Below, one piece after another: positions 39,201 through 52,700 of a DNA stretch of 64,000 bases. This DNA is from Mytilus edulis (lineage: Eukaryota). The notes below the pieces were generated by a model that saw only the letters and a list, made by a program, of their open reading frames with translations, was not told the origin of the DNA and did not search any database. A program made the position numbers and the translations under genes. The DNA lies in NCBI RefSeq assembly GCF_963676685.1, contig NC_092350.1:13516001-13580000 (forward strand), read 5' to 3'. The first letter of the stretch is position 1; every line of letters begins with the position of its first letter.

Positions 39201-42200
39201 AAGTCTTCCACAGAGAGTAAACCTACATCTGGTTTCTCATTTGCTGTAAACAAGCCAGCTGGAGAGAGTGGTGCTAGTCAAGGTATATTTTCTTTGCCTC
39301 AGATTTTTAATGACTTTTAAAAAAAACAACTAACATACATGCAAGTGTTATGATAAAAGTCCCAAGATGGTAGAATGACGAAAGAGAAATAAATAACATA
39401 CCCTAAGACCACTATTCTTGATACTGAGTCAATTTAAGTTAACGGTTCCTGGACATATTTAAGCTGGACAGACAGATGGAAGATGTTTTACAACTATAAT
39501 ATTTGATCATGATGGTCGTATATAAAGCATTCAGTTTATTATTCTTTTTATGTACTTTGTAGAAGAAGATGATGAGTATGTGCCTCCTCTAGCAGAATCT
39601 AAAGAGGTTCCAGAGGAGGGATCAGTACACTCCATCAAGTAAGTAGTAGGTTTATTTAAATCCCTTTCAATCTGAACAGGGAGATGTATGTACACAATTT
39701 TAAACAGAGCTGTGAGAATTCTGCCATTTATGAAATATATTATAGCATTTATTAGAAGTGCACATTTTTAATGGGAAAACATAGATCAAAACACAGCAAT
39801 CAACTAGTTGGAATGTATTAAAATAGCTGGATACTTTGATAGTAATAAGTCGTATAAACAAATGAATTGTCTCCCTTTCATTTGCTCACATATTTGAAGA
39901 CAATATGTTTACAAGATTTCAATTACAATTATTGTATGTCTTAGGAAGACTGAATGTAGGTAAACATTATTTGCTTTTCTACACATTGATATCGTAAAAT
40001 AAGATATTTGCTAAAAAGCTTAACATTGTGTGGAGTGGCTGATATTTTACCATATCTATACGAAGAAAACCCGATTATCTGTGTATAGTTTTATTACTGG
40101 TCATTTCCCACTCCTTAAGATAGATTTACGCTTCACGAAAGAAACCTTGATAACATCTCCTCACACATTGTGACGTCGCTGATAACTTCTCCTCAGACAT
40201 TGTGACGTTGCTGATAAAGCCTGCTCTCGTCTCAAAGCCATGATACCAAAATTACAGAGAGACTGAGCAGTGTGGTAATGTGTAGGGAAGGACGATGATT
40301 TTAAATATCAAACTGATTTCATTGTATTGTCTCAATAAAATAATCTATTTATAGATGTAAGCTGTTTTATCAGAAAGATGGAGCTTGGACAGAGAGAGGT
40401 GTAGGATTTTTACATCTGAAGATAATTGATGAAAAGTTACAACTTGTAGTTAGAGCTGATACTACCCTAGGTAAGAAATTTATTCTTCTGTAGCATGGAT
40501 TGTTGATGGATATTTTGTAAGATGGTACAGATAGCTTGCAAGTTTTGAGATTGAAAACAAAATTTCTCAGATAATACATTGCAAAGAAGTCATCCATATT
40601 TGGGTCATTAAGTGGTCTTTTTAAGATAGAAACACAACTTTAAGTCATTTCCTGTTTTGAAAATATTTTTAAATATTTTATACCTGCAGAAAATGCAAAT
40701 TTTGTTTACATATTCCTCAGCTGTCCTTATTTTAGTCTGGAACTTTATTATGGTGAATTACCTTAATTACCTTAATACATCCAGTTGTACATATGAAAGC
40801 CAGGAATGTTACCGTAGATACTCGCTTATAAGTCGGAAGTTTGGGAGTAAAATTCAGAATCCAGAGAGGGGTACCGACTTATAGGCGAGATCCAGCGACC
40901 AGAGGAAAAATCCAAGCTCGAGAAAAGTGGTCAGGAGTGAATTTCCTGGTCAAAACTACGTTGGTGATTGCCAAACCTACATAAATCCCTAAATTAAAAG
41001 TTTTTGTTGAAAATAAATGACTACAATACTGTCTTTGTGTTTTATTTGTTCTCTGTTAACATTTTTCTGTCAATTTGTGTTGAATTTCCGACTATTTCCG
41101 GTTTGTGTATTGATTTTCATGGTCAAATGGTTTGTGCATAAACCCAAAAGAAAGAGCCAAGAACCAAAAATGAAAACGGGATAACAATGTACCAACTATG
41201 TAAAAGGATGTATTCAGCGGAGTTATTGTGTCATTATTGTGATATCATGATATCAATTCAATACTTATAAATCATACAATAATCAAAAATAATTTGAAGA
41301 TTCATTCCCAAGATCAAAATATTAGTCATTAAAATGTCTCAGGTAAACACAAAGATTACAAAATTGATTGGCAAGCCAATATAATCCATTGATAACCCCT
41401 AATTAAGAGACAAAGAGTTGTATTCACTAAAGGTGTGAAAAACATCAGTGATAGGTGAACAGATGACACTAATGAGTTGGGAGTTATACACCTTATCGCT
41501 ATTCCCGGCTGACCCGTCTGCTTGAACTTTTGACGTCAACAACAATCACTTTTCCATTGTGGCGTCAGACATTTTGTTTTATGACGTCAAAATTTTACGG
41601 GAACCTGTGTGATTTCCAGCAATGGCGGACAAATAGCGATAAGGTGTATTTTAATATAAAGTTGATTAGCTTCACTTAATTTTTTTAATCCTATAATCAT
41701 CACAATATAATGAGAATTATGAAGTGTACATGCTCCTTTAACACTGAGTTATGTGTGCTGTGAAAATATTGATTGACTTTAAATTTTTTCAGGTTCATAT
41801 TGGTTTATGTTCGCTTTTCTCAAACAATAGGTTGTTAGTCATACCCTACAAAATCATTGATGCATTACGTAAACAACACATGGCTAATCTGTAATCAAAC
41901 AGTGAACAAAACAACAGGAATAAATACATCTTTATTATTAAACAGCTATATAAATTATCATAATCAACATCAACTAAATTCAAACCAAACAAACATTCAT
42001 GCAGAAAATGAATATAATTCCTGGATTTGCATTGGTTTTACTGGCGTTCAGTAACTGTCAGCTGCAAACAAAAATGTCCAAATTTTGTCCGACTTATACG
42101 AGGGTCAAGACTAAATCCTCAGAATTTGGAGCTGAAAAGGGCATCCAACTTATAGTCGGATCGACTTATAGGCGAGTATCTACGGTAAGATATATAGAAA

Positions 42201-42593
42201 TGTTTGGAGCTATATAACTCATAGGGACCGAACAAAAATAACCAAATTTATCCAAGCCTAAGGTCAACTTTATCTGAGAGAGGAACTGTAGTTTCTAAAT
42301 AAAGGTAAAAAACTAAGATCTTCAAAATTCATGGGATATGTTAAAGAAAAAATAATCATATTACTGTTACATTATTCTTTTCAGGCAACATAATCTTGAA
42401 CATTATACTGTCTCCATCTATACCACTGAAAAGACAAGGCAAAAACAATGTGAGCATGATATGTGTACCCAATCCTCCTGTGGACAAAAAGGCTGATCCT
42501 TCCAAACCTGTTCCTATGATGATACGAGTAAAAACTTTGGAGGACGCAGATCAACTACTAGAAAAAATGGAAGAATTGAGAAAGAAAGATTGA
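36291..42593 (+). CDS. NUP50: Nuclear pore complex protein Nup50; join(36291..36359,36787..36873,37507..37894,38914..39282,39563..39638,40355..40470,42385..42593), 437 aa
   Basis: N-terminal [16 protein letters not shown] (importin-alpha-binding NUP50 domain), [35 protein letters not shown], an FG-repeat exon, and a C-terminal RanBD ([23 protein letters not shown]...[15 protein letters not shown]). GT-AG splices are phase-consistent. Confidence 0.93.
40810..42187. mobile_element. Non-autonomous Tc1/mariner-pogo-like transposon in NUP50 intron 6, with nested MITE 41487-41648
   Basis: TIR taccgtagatactcgcttataagtcg / cgacttataggcgagtatctacggta. The inner TIR is tacaccttatcgcta / tagcgataaggtgta. 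Confidence 0.75.
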
Positions 42594-42624
42594 TGAAGAA
42601 AGAGTACTTAGTTTATTTTGGATA

Positions 42625-42864
42625 TTTTTCTGCCAATGTGTAATGTACAATTGTAGCAATTTTACATATGATTTTGTAATTTCATTGCCATCAATAAGAG
42701 TATATGTGTTCATCCTAAAGTTCATAAACTAAGACAGTAAACATGTTTTTCTGCCAAGGTGTAATGTACAGTTGTAGCAATTTTTAATATGATTACATTA
42801 TTTCATTTTCATTAACAAGGGTGTTTGTTTTCATCTTATAGTTCATAAACTAGGACAGTAAACA
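42625..42864 (+). repeat. ~121-bp tandem duplication in NUP50 3' UTR
   Basis: tttttctgccaa.gtgtaatgtaca.ttgtagcaatttt...gttcataaacta.gacagtaaaca occurs twice. Confidence 0.7.
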
Positions 42865-45800
42865 AGATTTTCACTGCATGTGAAAGAAAAAGTTTTCAGG
42901 TTGTATAAATATGTGTCTCTCTTTTTTATTTTGAAATTTTAAAATGTTTTCTGGTTATAATTACTGAGTATTAGTTTGTGTATGAATTGGCTATATTTGG
43001 ATTTATATTTGTAAAGCATGAAAATGGACAAAATACTTATATTGTATAGAAAGGCCAGTAATTTCCCCTCAAATTGTAAATAACCGGCTGGTACACAGGT
43101 TATTTTAGAATTGCATTTTTTTGTTGTTGTTGAATTATAAATAACATGACATCCATATCAAATCATTTCAGACAGCATCTGAAAGAGAACCATATAGCAT
43201 CTTATATCTATGATACTTAAAGGGCAAACTTAAATCTGTTTTTTGTAATCAAAAACATGTTTTATAGTGGCAAAGACTAAATGGACTAAATTTTATGATA
43301 CAATTTATGAATTCCAAGATATCCAGTGTTTTATATGAACTTAGGCCGTGTCTGTTTTTTTCTTTGTTTTGCGTCAACTGATTCTGAGAAAACCTACCAG
43401 ACAGCAAGGAAAAAAAACACACACAAAGAAAATAACCCAAGAGTCTGCTTAAGTTCTGGACTGATTAACAGTGACTTTAGATCAATACTGTCATATCTAA
43501 GTGAAAGAGCAAACATGACAAACAGGAAATTTAGCAATGTACAAACTTGATATGACTATATTCTGAGAAATGGCCTTGGTATTTCAAACATTTCCCATTT
43601 ATACTGAAGCCTTTGAGAAGAGACATGTTTTGATCTGAGATGTGTCATGTTGTATTAAAACCTATGTATAATCAATAATTCCCTGTATCAAATCAATAAT
43701 GCTTTAAGCATGAATTATCTCCCATTTGCAGAGTTATCTTCCTATAATTGGAATACTTTATGTAAACTTTTTGTCAATATATTAATATTTTGTTCTGCGT
43801 ACTTTTTTTTCAGAAAATAAACTAATGAAATTATGTTTTATATCTTAATATCTTGTGGAATTAAAAATGTACATACTAATTTATCCTATCTTATCAGACA
43901 GTAGATATCATTTAAAGAAATTTATTAGAAATATTTGCAAAAACTACTATTTTTCATTTAAAAAAGTATAAAAATTTATTTCAATTATAAAATAAGATTA
44001 CTGTGCAAATGGGAGGTAACTCTTGCTTCAAGCAAGTAAGGAACGCCTACTGTAAGACATGTACCAAGGAAGAACCATTACAGTGAAATTGGTTGATCTT
44101 TTCAATATCAAATTTAGTGAATCTTAATATTAAATAAAAGCTCTGATACATTCAAATGTTTTATTAATTGAAAACAATTCTTAAAACAAAATTTAAAACA
44201 AATAAATAAAAACTTAACATAAGAACTATTATATAGAGCTAGATGAAACATAACATTTTATCAGAGTTTTATCCCCTATGGTGATAGGTTCATTGAATCT
44301 TGAATTTAACGTGTCTCTTATGCTGGCTACGTAAAGGCTCTCTAGAATCTAAGAAAAAGTTTCTGTGCCGGCGAGCGGAAAGGCATATTGAGCCAGAACG
44401 ATCCTTTTATCTTTGAAAAGTGAAACACAAACGATCTCGCTCGCCGGCACATTTATACTGGCCATTTCTGCTGTCACATGTATCGAAGTCAAGATCGCTT
44501 AAACGCTTTAAATAAGGAGCGTACTTGTTATTTAAAGCGCAAAATAGATTTGAGTATAAGAATACACAAAAACACGGCTGGAAAAACCTGGAAAATACGG
44601 ATTTTCTACTGACGAACAAAAAAAAGTTTGTGTTTGTTTTTGACACAAATTGGCCTAAAACCTACCCGCACGCGGACGCAAAACAAATAAAAAAACAACT
44701 ATGGCCTTATTCTATTAATTTTTTTCCATACAACTATGAATTTACTTTAGGAACCATTGAAAAGTAACTGTTACATTACTTTGAAAGTTTAACTGAATAT
44801 AACTAAATCTAAAAAAAAAAAAAATGCACATAAACAAATTTTAATTTAGAGACAAATGCTGTTCTAGCCTTGTTTCAAAATCACATAACAACTGCATGAT
44901 TAGTTTTATTTCATTTATATTTCATGATGTAGTAACAGTGCTGAAATCATTCATACAGCATTGCTGTCAAATCTTTAAACTTGGTAGACAATGTAAAACG
45001 TATTGTGAACATTAAAACAATGAGGAAGGATGTAATTTTCTTTGTGTATTCATCATGCATGATTTTTGGATAACAAACTCCTAATTTTAATTGATAGCCA
45101 AACATGTAATGTGCATTTTTCTTTTTCATATAAAGCAGACCTCAATAGTATTTTAATGTTATGCATCAGTAGTATCATAATTCCTGTAAGGCTTATCAAC
45201 ACATTTCGTGACAATTGATTCAAGCCCATTGAGAATATCTAAATTAAAATTTTCAAAATATACCAGTACAGATTTCTGCTTAAAAAGATGTGTTAAGAAA
45301 GAAGCTATTCCCAATTTTTCTAAATTAAAACTCTTTTCAAGGTACACAGATCTATGCTAAAAAGATTTAAATATAAGAAAAATGCTGTTTTTTTCAGCAG
45401 CAATAAATCTGAAGTATTTGTAAGTCTTTCTCTGGAAATGAATACAATAATTTAGAAAACAACATCCTATTGATCAAATTTATTTTAGAACCAAAAATGT
45501 ATTTTCAATGACCTTCTGCAAATTTCCTAACATCCCAAGTTATAACATATTCTTGATTAAAAATCATAACTTTTTTAATTGAGTATGTAATATCAATGAA
45601 TAAAGCCAACAGAATAATACAATACATCATGTACATAGAATCCCACTTACATGTATTACACAGAGTCAAGATTTGGGAGATGTTTATCATTTAGTTGATA
45701 ATGAATGTTGTAAAATTGAAATGAGTGAAGGGTAAAAGAATTGAAAAAAGACGATATGTTTGAAAGATCTGTTGAAATTATTGCTCTGTGTTTTATGAAG

Positions 45801-46142
45801 TTTTTGTGCGTTAAAGATTGTTACATCATGTAAGTGCTTATTATCATTTAAAAAGTGCTTTGTTATATATATTTTTCAATAAAAGTCTTCGATTTGTTTG
45901 TAGTATTGATAAATATGCAGAAGCATCTCTTTCTCTTATCAGAGTTTAGACCAATGCATAAAAGCAGTACATATGTTATTTATATATACAAAAGTTGCAT
46001 GATCAGAGCTTAGACAAGGTTACAGTTGTCACAATGGTATTGTACTATTGAATATTTGAAAATGGATTAAGAAATTCAATTTCTCTCAAAGTAAATTATG
46101 TCTGGAAAAGTTCAAAAGAGGGAATTTCTCATCATACAATAT

Positions 46143-47445
46143 ATATGTCGTGTACAAGTTGCGATTTTGTACAGGTTATAATATGTACAAAAATAGTGTA
46201 CATGTTATAACTTGTAAAATGCATAAATACAAGTTATAACATGTACAAAAGTACCTCATACATGTTATAACCTGTACAAAATATTGCTTAAAAATGGTTT
46301 TAACTTGTACAAAATTTATGATTAATCTTAATGAAATAAAATATACATTTAAATTCACCAATGCATAAAGAACAACAATAAATAGGCCAGAACGTGTGTT
46401 TTTCTGTAGAGGACAATGATCACAAAGTTTCAGAAATATATGTTTTATGACTTATGTTGGCAAAGTGTGTTTTCATGTAATTGTATGTTTTATATAGTCC
46501 ATCATGGCTTAAATAAGTGTGACACTATTTACTAAAAGCTTGCATTTCCTCAATGACAATTACATTAGATACTAGTAATTTAATTCTTCCAAAAAATTTA
46601 AGAATGATGCCTTAAAAATTTGGGTAATACTCCTCCCTCTCGTTTTATAGCATGCAAAGACTAAAATAATGTCTTATATGCTTACTCTGTAAAAGCAAGA
46701 GAGAGCTGAAATGGTTTTCTCCGGACCACGCTTCATTATCAATATCTTTGGATCTACTCTTCAACATTTTTTACCTTCAGCATGTAAATTTATAATTATT
46801 TTTTTTATATAAACTATAAGATCATTGCATGAGGCTGATGTCATTTTGATGTTTTAAATATATATCCTCTACTTTGAAAGCATGTATTTGTGTCCTTTGG
46901 ATGTCGTCTGCTCCATGGTCTGGTTGTTGTCTTTTAGACACATACCCCATTTCCATTCCCAATTTTATTTGTAGACACATCTGTCCTGGCTATCCTCTTC
47001 TGTCTTTTAGTGTGAACTATGAAGTGGACACTCACAATTATAATTCATCAAATCAAGATATGTCCATAGATAGTCATAAGAGGATCATAAAACATGTTCT
47101 AAGATATATCTTATGACAAGTCAGGAATGCTTCGTAATACCGACCCCTTGACATTAACTGTACCAAAAAAGGACAAAACACACTATCATGAAGGAATAAT
47201 AAAAACGTTATGAAAATATTATTGAGGTCATAACATCTGTTGCAATAATAGAAACATATCCTTATTTTTCAATTTTTTACAAGTTAAAACCATTTTTAAG
47301 CAATATTTTGTACAGGTTATAACATGTACGAGGTACTTTTGTACATGTTGTTACTTGTATTTTTGCATTATACAAGTTATAACATGTACAATATTTTTGT
47401 ACATGTTATAACCTGTACAAAATCGCAACTTGCACACGACATATA
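46143..47445. mobile_element. Non-autonomous DNA transposon with ~175-bp TIRs built from short internal repeats
   Basis: 46143-46318 is the reverse complement of ~47271-47445 (atgtcgtgtacaagttgcgattttgtacaggttataa...). Confidence 0.75.
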
Positions 47446-47891
47446 CACCTGGAAAAAAAGTATTGCAACACTTCCATTGAAAACAATGTAAAATGACATG
47501 ATTGTAGAATGTGTATGATTTGGGTTCTACCAAATACTTTTGATCTGTTTATGTTTTAAAATTGAATACATGGTATAGACTTACTTTTCAACCTATATTA
47601 ATGCTTATGGTTATGACAAAACAGCTGCACTGAAATAGTTTTTCACGCTTTTCACAAAAAATGAAAATATTGCAGGACTATTTTTTTCCCAAACATTGGA
47701 TCTGCAATAAATACAGACTTTTATGCATTAAACTCATTCAGAACTTTTGAATGTCAATAAATAACACAAATTAAATTTTAAACCATAAACAGATCAAAAG
47801 TATTTGGTAAAAAACAAATTATACACATTCTACAATCATGTCATTTCACATTGTTTTCAATAGAAGTGTTGCAATACTTTTTTTCCAGGTG
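47446..47891. mobile_element. MITE with ~120-bp TIRs, TA-flanked
   Basis: cacctggaaaaaaagtattgcaacacttc... / ...gaagtgttgcaatactttttttccaggtg. Confidence 0.8.
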
Positions 47892-49620
47892 TATACAAAT
47901 AAAACCATGAATTGATTCCTATTGAGGCAACTATCCACAAGGGACAATATGACCATGATAGAAACAATAGGTTGTTATGCAGCCTTGAACAATGAGATAA
48001 ACGGTTTAACCTGCACTACATAGTAATGCAAAAGGCCAAAAGTGACAAATTTAAACAGTTCAGCCTAGAAAAGCAATGGCCTGATTGATATAAAAAAAAA
48101 CAAATATGAGATACAATTAAAAAAAAATGATAACTGAATAAGTGGCTCCTGTTTTGGAACAGGCGTATACAAAATGAACTGGGTTCAACATGTTATTTAC
48201 CCCAAATATAGGACAGTCTGTTACAGCTCAACATAAGATCAAACTGTAAAAATCAGTTTAAATTGACTACACTCATTAGATCGACACAAAGCTAAATCAA
48301 AAATCAAAAACCATCAAAAGACTAAAGACACACAATGATCTGAGTTGACTCACAGCTTCTGAAAGCTAGTTCAATGCCAACATTTACTAATTAAAAAGTC
48401 ATCCATCCAAAACAACACTTTCTAAATATGCTAATTGACTCCTTTTAAACCTCATTTTGGTGGTATAAGTTTGTGTGTATACTTATATATTTTCTTCCCA
48501 ACTGGTTTCTGAGCATTCTGGATTACTGTTTATCCAGTGTGCCAGGTGCTATCAACTTTGTCATTGAGTTTCATATGAAATCAGAAACAAAGTCCCAACA
48601 GTTCTTGTTATTCAGCATTTACAAATGCAAAATCGAGTAAAGGTTGCGTCTCTGAAAGCCCTCTAATGAAACCTGTATTTTTCAATTGCAGCATTTGATA
48701 GTAATGTTACCATGTAGTATCATGCCTAGAAAATTATTTGATACTGGAACAGTAACCATACTGGTACTGGCTGTACTTACTTACTTTGGACTGTTTCTTA
48801 GATTAAGGATCAAACCCAACTATTCTTGACAGTTGCTTTTATCTTATTAATGTGATCTCCTCTATGTAGTTCTTGGTGTCTGTTCTATTGTATTTACCAC
48901 CGGAACTCTCTCTAGATTAGTCATGTTAGTCTTGAAGTTGGTATTGACATTAATTATGTTATTAAACTTTGCAATGTCGTAGGTGGTACATATTTAAGCA
49001 AGTAAAGCTATTTGCTAGCCTCTTGTGCACTTTTTGATTTTTATGCCCCCACGGAACGGGAGGAGCATTAAGTTTACCCTTGTCTGTATGTAAGTATGTC
49101 CCAAAGTTGGTTTCCGTTCTGTTCTCTTACTTTAATTGCTTCAGCCAAATGTTATAAAACTCATACAAAATGCTTATTACCACAAAACACAGATCATGTT
49201 TGAATTGTGGTAGCGTCCCTTTTAACGTTCTAGAGTTGTGCCACTTTACAAATGATTTTTTTTGTTTCCCTTCTATAAATAACTCTTGGTTTGACTCAAC
49301 CAAATGTTATCAAAACTTATACACAATGCTTATTGCCACAAACTACAGATCAAGTGTGATTTTTGGTGGTGTCACTTCAACCGTTCTAGAGTTGTGCCCT
49401 TTTACAATTTTGCCCCCTTTGTAACTTTATATGATATGCAAGTGGAGGCACCATCTGTGTCCCATTGACACATTCCCTATTTTTTTTATTAATAAAAAAC
49501 ATTGCTACTATCAGTTTTATTTGAATGATGATAACATATTAGAAAAAGCTACCAGTATGTGTTAACCAACAGCCAGGATAGCTGAAACCAAAGGCTTTCC
49601 CACATTATAGTATTTGTTAG

Positions 49621-49740
49621 ACAGGATAGGTGGCGTCAGAGGTAATGCTTTAGTGTTTATACAGGATAGGTGGCGTCAGAGGCAATACCACATCGGTTAT
49701 ACAGGATAGGTGGCGTCAGAGGCAATACCACATTGGTTAT
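49621..49740 (-). repeat. 3 x 40-bp tandem repeat spanning the stop codon of the cathepsin-like gene
   Basis: acaggataggtggcgtcagagg at 49621, 49661 and 49701. Confidence 0.9.
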
Positions 49741-52700
49741 TCTTATTTCTTCTCATTAGTATGTAACCTTGCATTCCCCAGTTTACACCTAAAACATACA
49801 AGATTATACTCTGTTTCACTATTTTGCTGCTTTACATCACTGCTGTGTTTCGATTTTTTAAAAGAGAATGACAATTGAAATAAAATTCAGGGCCTTTTTC
49901 TTAAAAAAAAATCAGTGTTGATATGATATTTTTGATGATATTGTAAATTTTACCGGAATAGCGTGAGACATCAGTTACATGAAATAATTTGAGAAGATTC
50001 TTTATTGTAAATAGTCAGAATATGACGAATATACAAATATCTACATCCGTTTGATGCACTTGCTTATAAATATGAGCCTCTGGAAAGGGGAACCTACATT
50101 TATTTTATAAATGACCATTAATGCATTTTCTTTATTTCCTTGTATTCCGTAGTTCTCTGTTATCTATTTTCAGACCTTTTTTTCTCTTTGTTTCTTATCC
50201 CATTTAATTTTGTGTTCATGGCCCAACATTCTGTAATCTGTAAGCCTACAAAAAACATACCCCAGCTATTTTTGACGATCCAATAATCTTTTCCACCTTC
50301 AGAACCATATCCGACGATCTGAACCGCATGATCAAGTTTTGTTGAACTGCACTTTGGTTCATCGTAGACCCCAGCTCGATACAACTGAAATGACTGAAGA
50401 CTAGCATCAATAACTGCCATTACTGGAAAGTGTAACACGGCTATCTGTAATTGGTCTTCGTTTCCTTCTGCAACAGCCATTGTGCCCATATTCTGAAATC
50501 GAAAAAAAATATAGAACAGTTATGTAAAGAAGTTCTAAGACAAACTTTATATTTTTTAACTAAGTAAATTTATAAAGTTTTTATTTTAGAATTAGCAAAC
50601 ATCTATGATATTAATTGATATCTTAACATTGTAGTAAAACGTGGCATGCAATGAAAGAAATTCTTGTCTCTTATTTATACTATTTTAAAAAAAATGCAAA
50701 ACTTATGAATTGTTTGAACTATTGAATACTAGTATACATGATAGGGAATAACATACCCGTACAACGGACGTACAGCTTGTGTTTCTGCACTGTCCAGCAG
50801 AACCATGCATTGGATAATCTGCCATTGAACACAGACCACCTATATTATGTATACAGTTAAACACTGGTGTCACCAACTCAGACCCATGGGTACAGCAGTC
50901 CACCACTTCTTGTAAGCTTAATGGAATCGAACGTCTATTTTTTATAAATTCATAGCTTTCCATAATTTCTGTGTTAAAAAAGGAAAAACAGTTTAATTCT
51001 TCGGCATGTTCAGTACTATAACATTTGGTGAATTATATTCTATCAATTGCACGCAGGCTATTGTTACATTAGTGCATATTTTTTTTCAGGTTTCAAAATG
51101 ACATTTTTATTCTATATACATATCACTGTGTGCTACTTAAAATCTAGTGCATTTTAAATTTGATTTGAGTTGATTTGACATTTTTAAAAACAAGTGAAAA
51201 AGTGTTAAGTACAATTGAATAGGGGTAAATATAGATGGAATGCATCTTTAAAACATTTTAAAATCTAAATCTTTAGCTCCCCTGAATATAAATACTTTGT
51301 CTGAGCTTTTCGAAATAAATAAAAAAGTAGGATGAGAAAAAATACTCCTTGTTTAAAGACATAATACATCTAATAAACGCAAAATCACGCAACTTGATTT
51401 GAAGAAAAATCCCCAAAACAACTCTACACTTAAGAGAGAAACAAAACATTTTTTAAAATGCACTAGATTTTAGGTAGCAGACAGTGATACATCTTCGCTA
51501 GCCAAGGGTTACGATCCACTCCCGTTCTCTTGAAAGAGAACGGGAGTGGATCGTAACCCTTGGCTAGCGAAGATGACAGTGATATGGATATAGAATAAAA
51601 ATGTTAAGTGTAGAGTTGTTTTGGGATTTTTCTTCAAATCAAGTTGAAGATTTAGATTTTAAAATGTTTTAAAGATGCATTCCATCTATATTTACCCCTT
51701 TTCAATTGTACTTAACACTTTTTCACTTGTTTTTAAAAATGTCAAATCAAATCAAATCAAATCAAATTTAAAATGCACTAGATTTTAAATAGCACACAGT
51801 GATATGGATATAGAATATAGATAGTAGCGTAAAATTTTCAAGAATATCACCTAGTGCTGCAATTGAAAGTACTTGTCCCAGCTGCCCTTGATTTTGCACA
51901 GGACCTATTGCACCTTTTGTTCTCCAATCAAAAGTAGACGGTAAAAAAGTCCAATTGTGTTCAATCTCTTCATACTCTCTTTCAGAATTAGTTTTAATAT
52001 GCGGACGTTTTGGTGATTCCTGTAATGATAAATCAAGTAATTATGACATATAAAAAAGAATATGTGGTGTGATTTCCAATGAGATAATTAAACTCATCAT
52101 GCTGACACCAAATGATCCGACTGGCTTGGATATAAAATTAGTCGACAGTAGTTTAATGATGATCAAATTAAAGCATATTTTTTTTCTCACGATGAGTGAT
52201 TAGTTTACGGAAATCTGTCGAAGTGATAAAAATAAGGTAAAAAAACACAAACTAAAACTAAAGGAATCACATGAACTCTACATGGAAAAAAACTGGGTAC
52301 TGGATAAGCGTCTCCTGCTATGTATGCATTACATGACATGCTAATCAACATTAAACAAAAAACATACGTCTACTCGTATGTGGGTCCTTTATAGCTGACT
52401 ATACGGTTATAGTCAGCTATAAAGGACCCACATACGAGTAAACCCAATGTGAAAAGATTAAAAGAAGAAAAATCAACAGTGCGACCTATGCCAAAATAAC
52501 AAACGAAAACTTGAACATCATGACAGACAGCAATCACCGCCAACAACTGACCCGAGATAGTAAAAAAAGAACGCCGGAACGCGTTTTTATACACAATAAT
52601 GTGCAATCATCATAATTGAAAATTAAACAGGTACCAATCTTGAAGAAATTGAACTAATAAGCGAAGAATATGAAATACTAAGTACATCTTCTTTTTGACT

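Noticed and set aside
49621-49740. Three 22-bp direct repeats at 40-bp period resembling a mini CRISPR array
   Set aside because: The spacers are homologous to each other and to the gene's coding end, the context is eukaryotic, and there are no cas genes.
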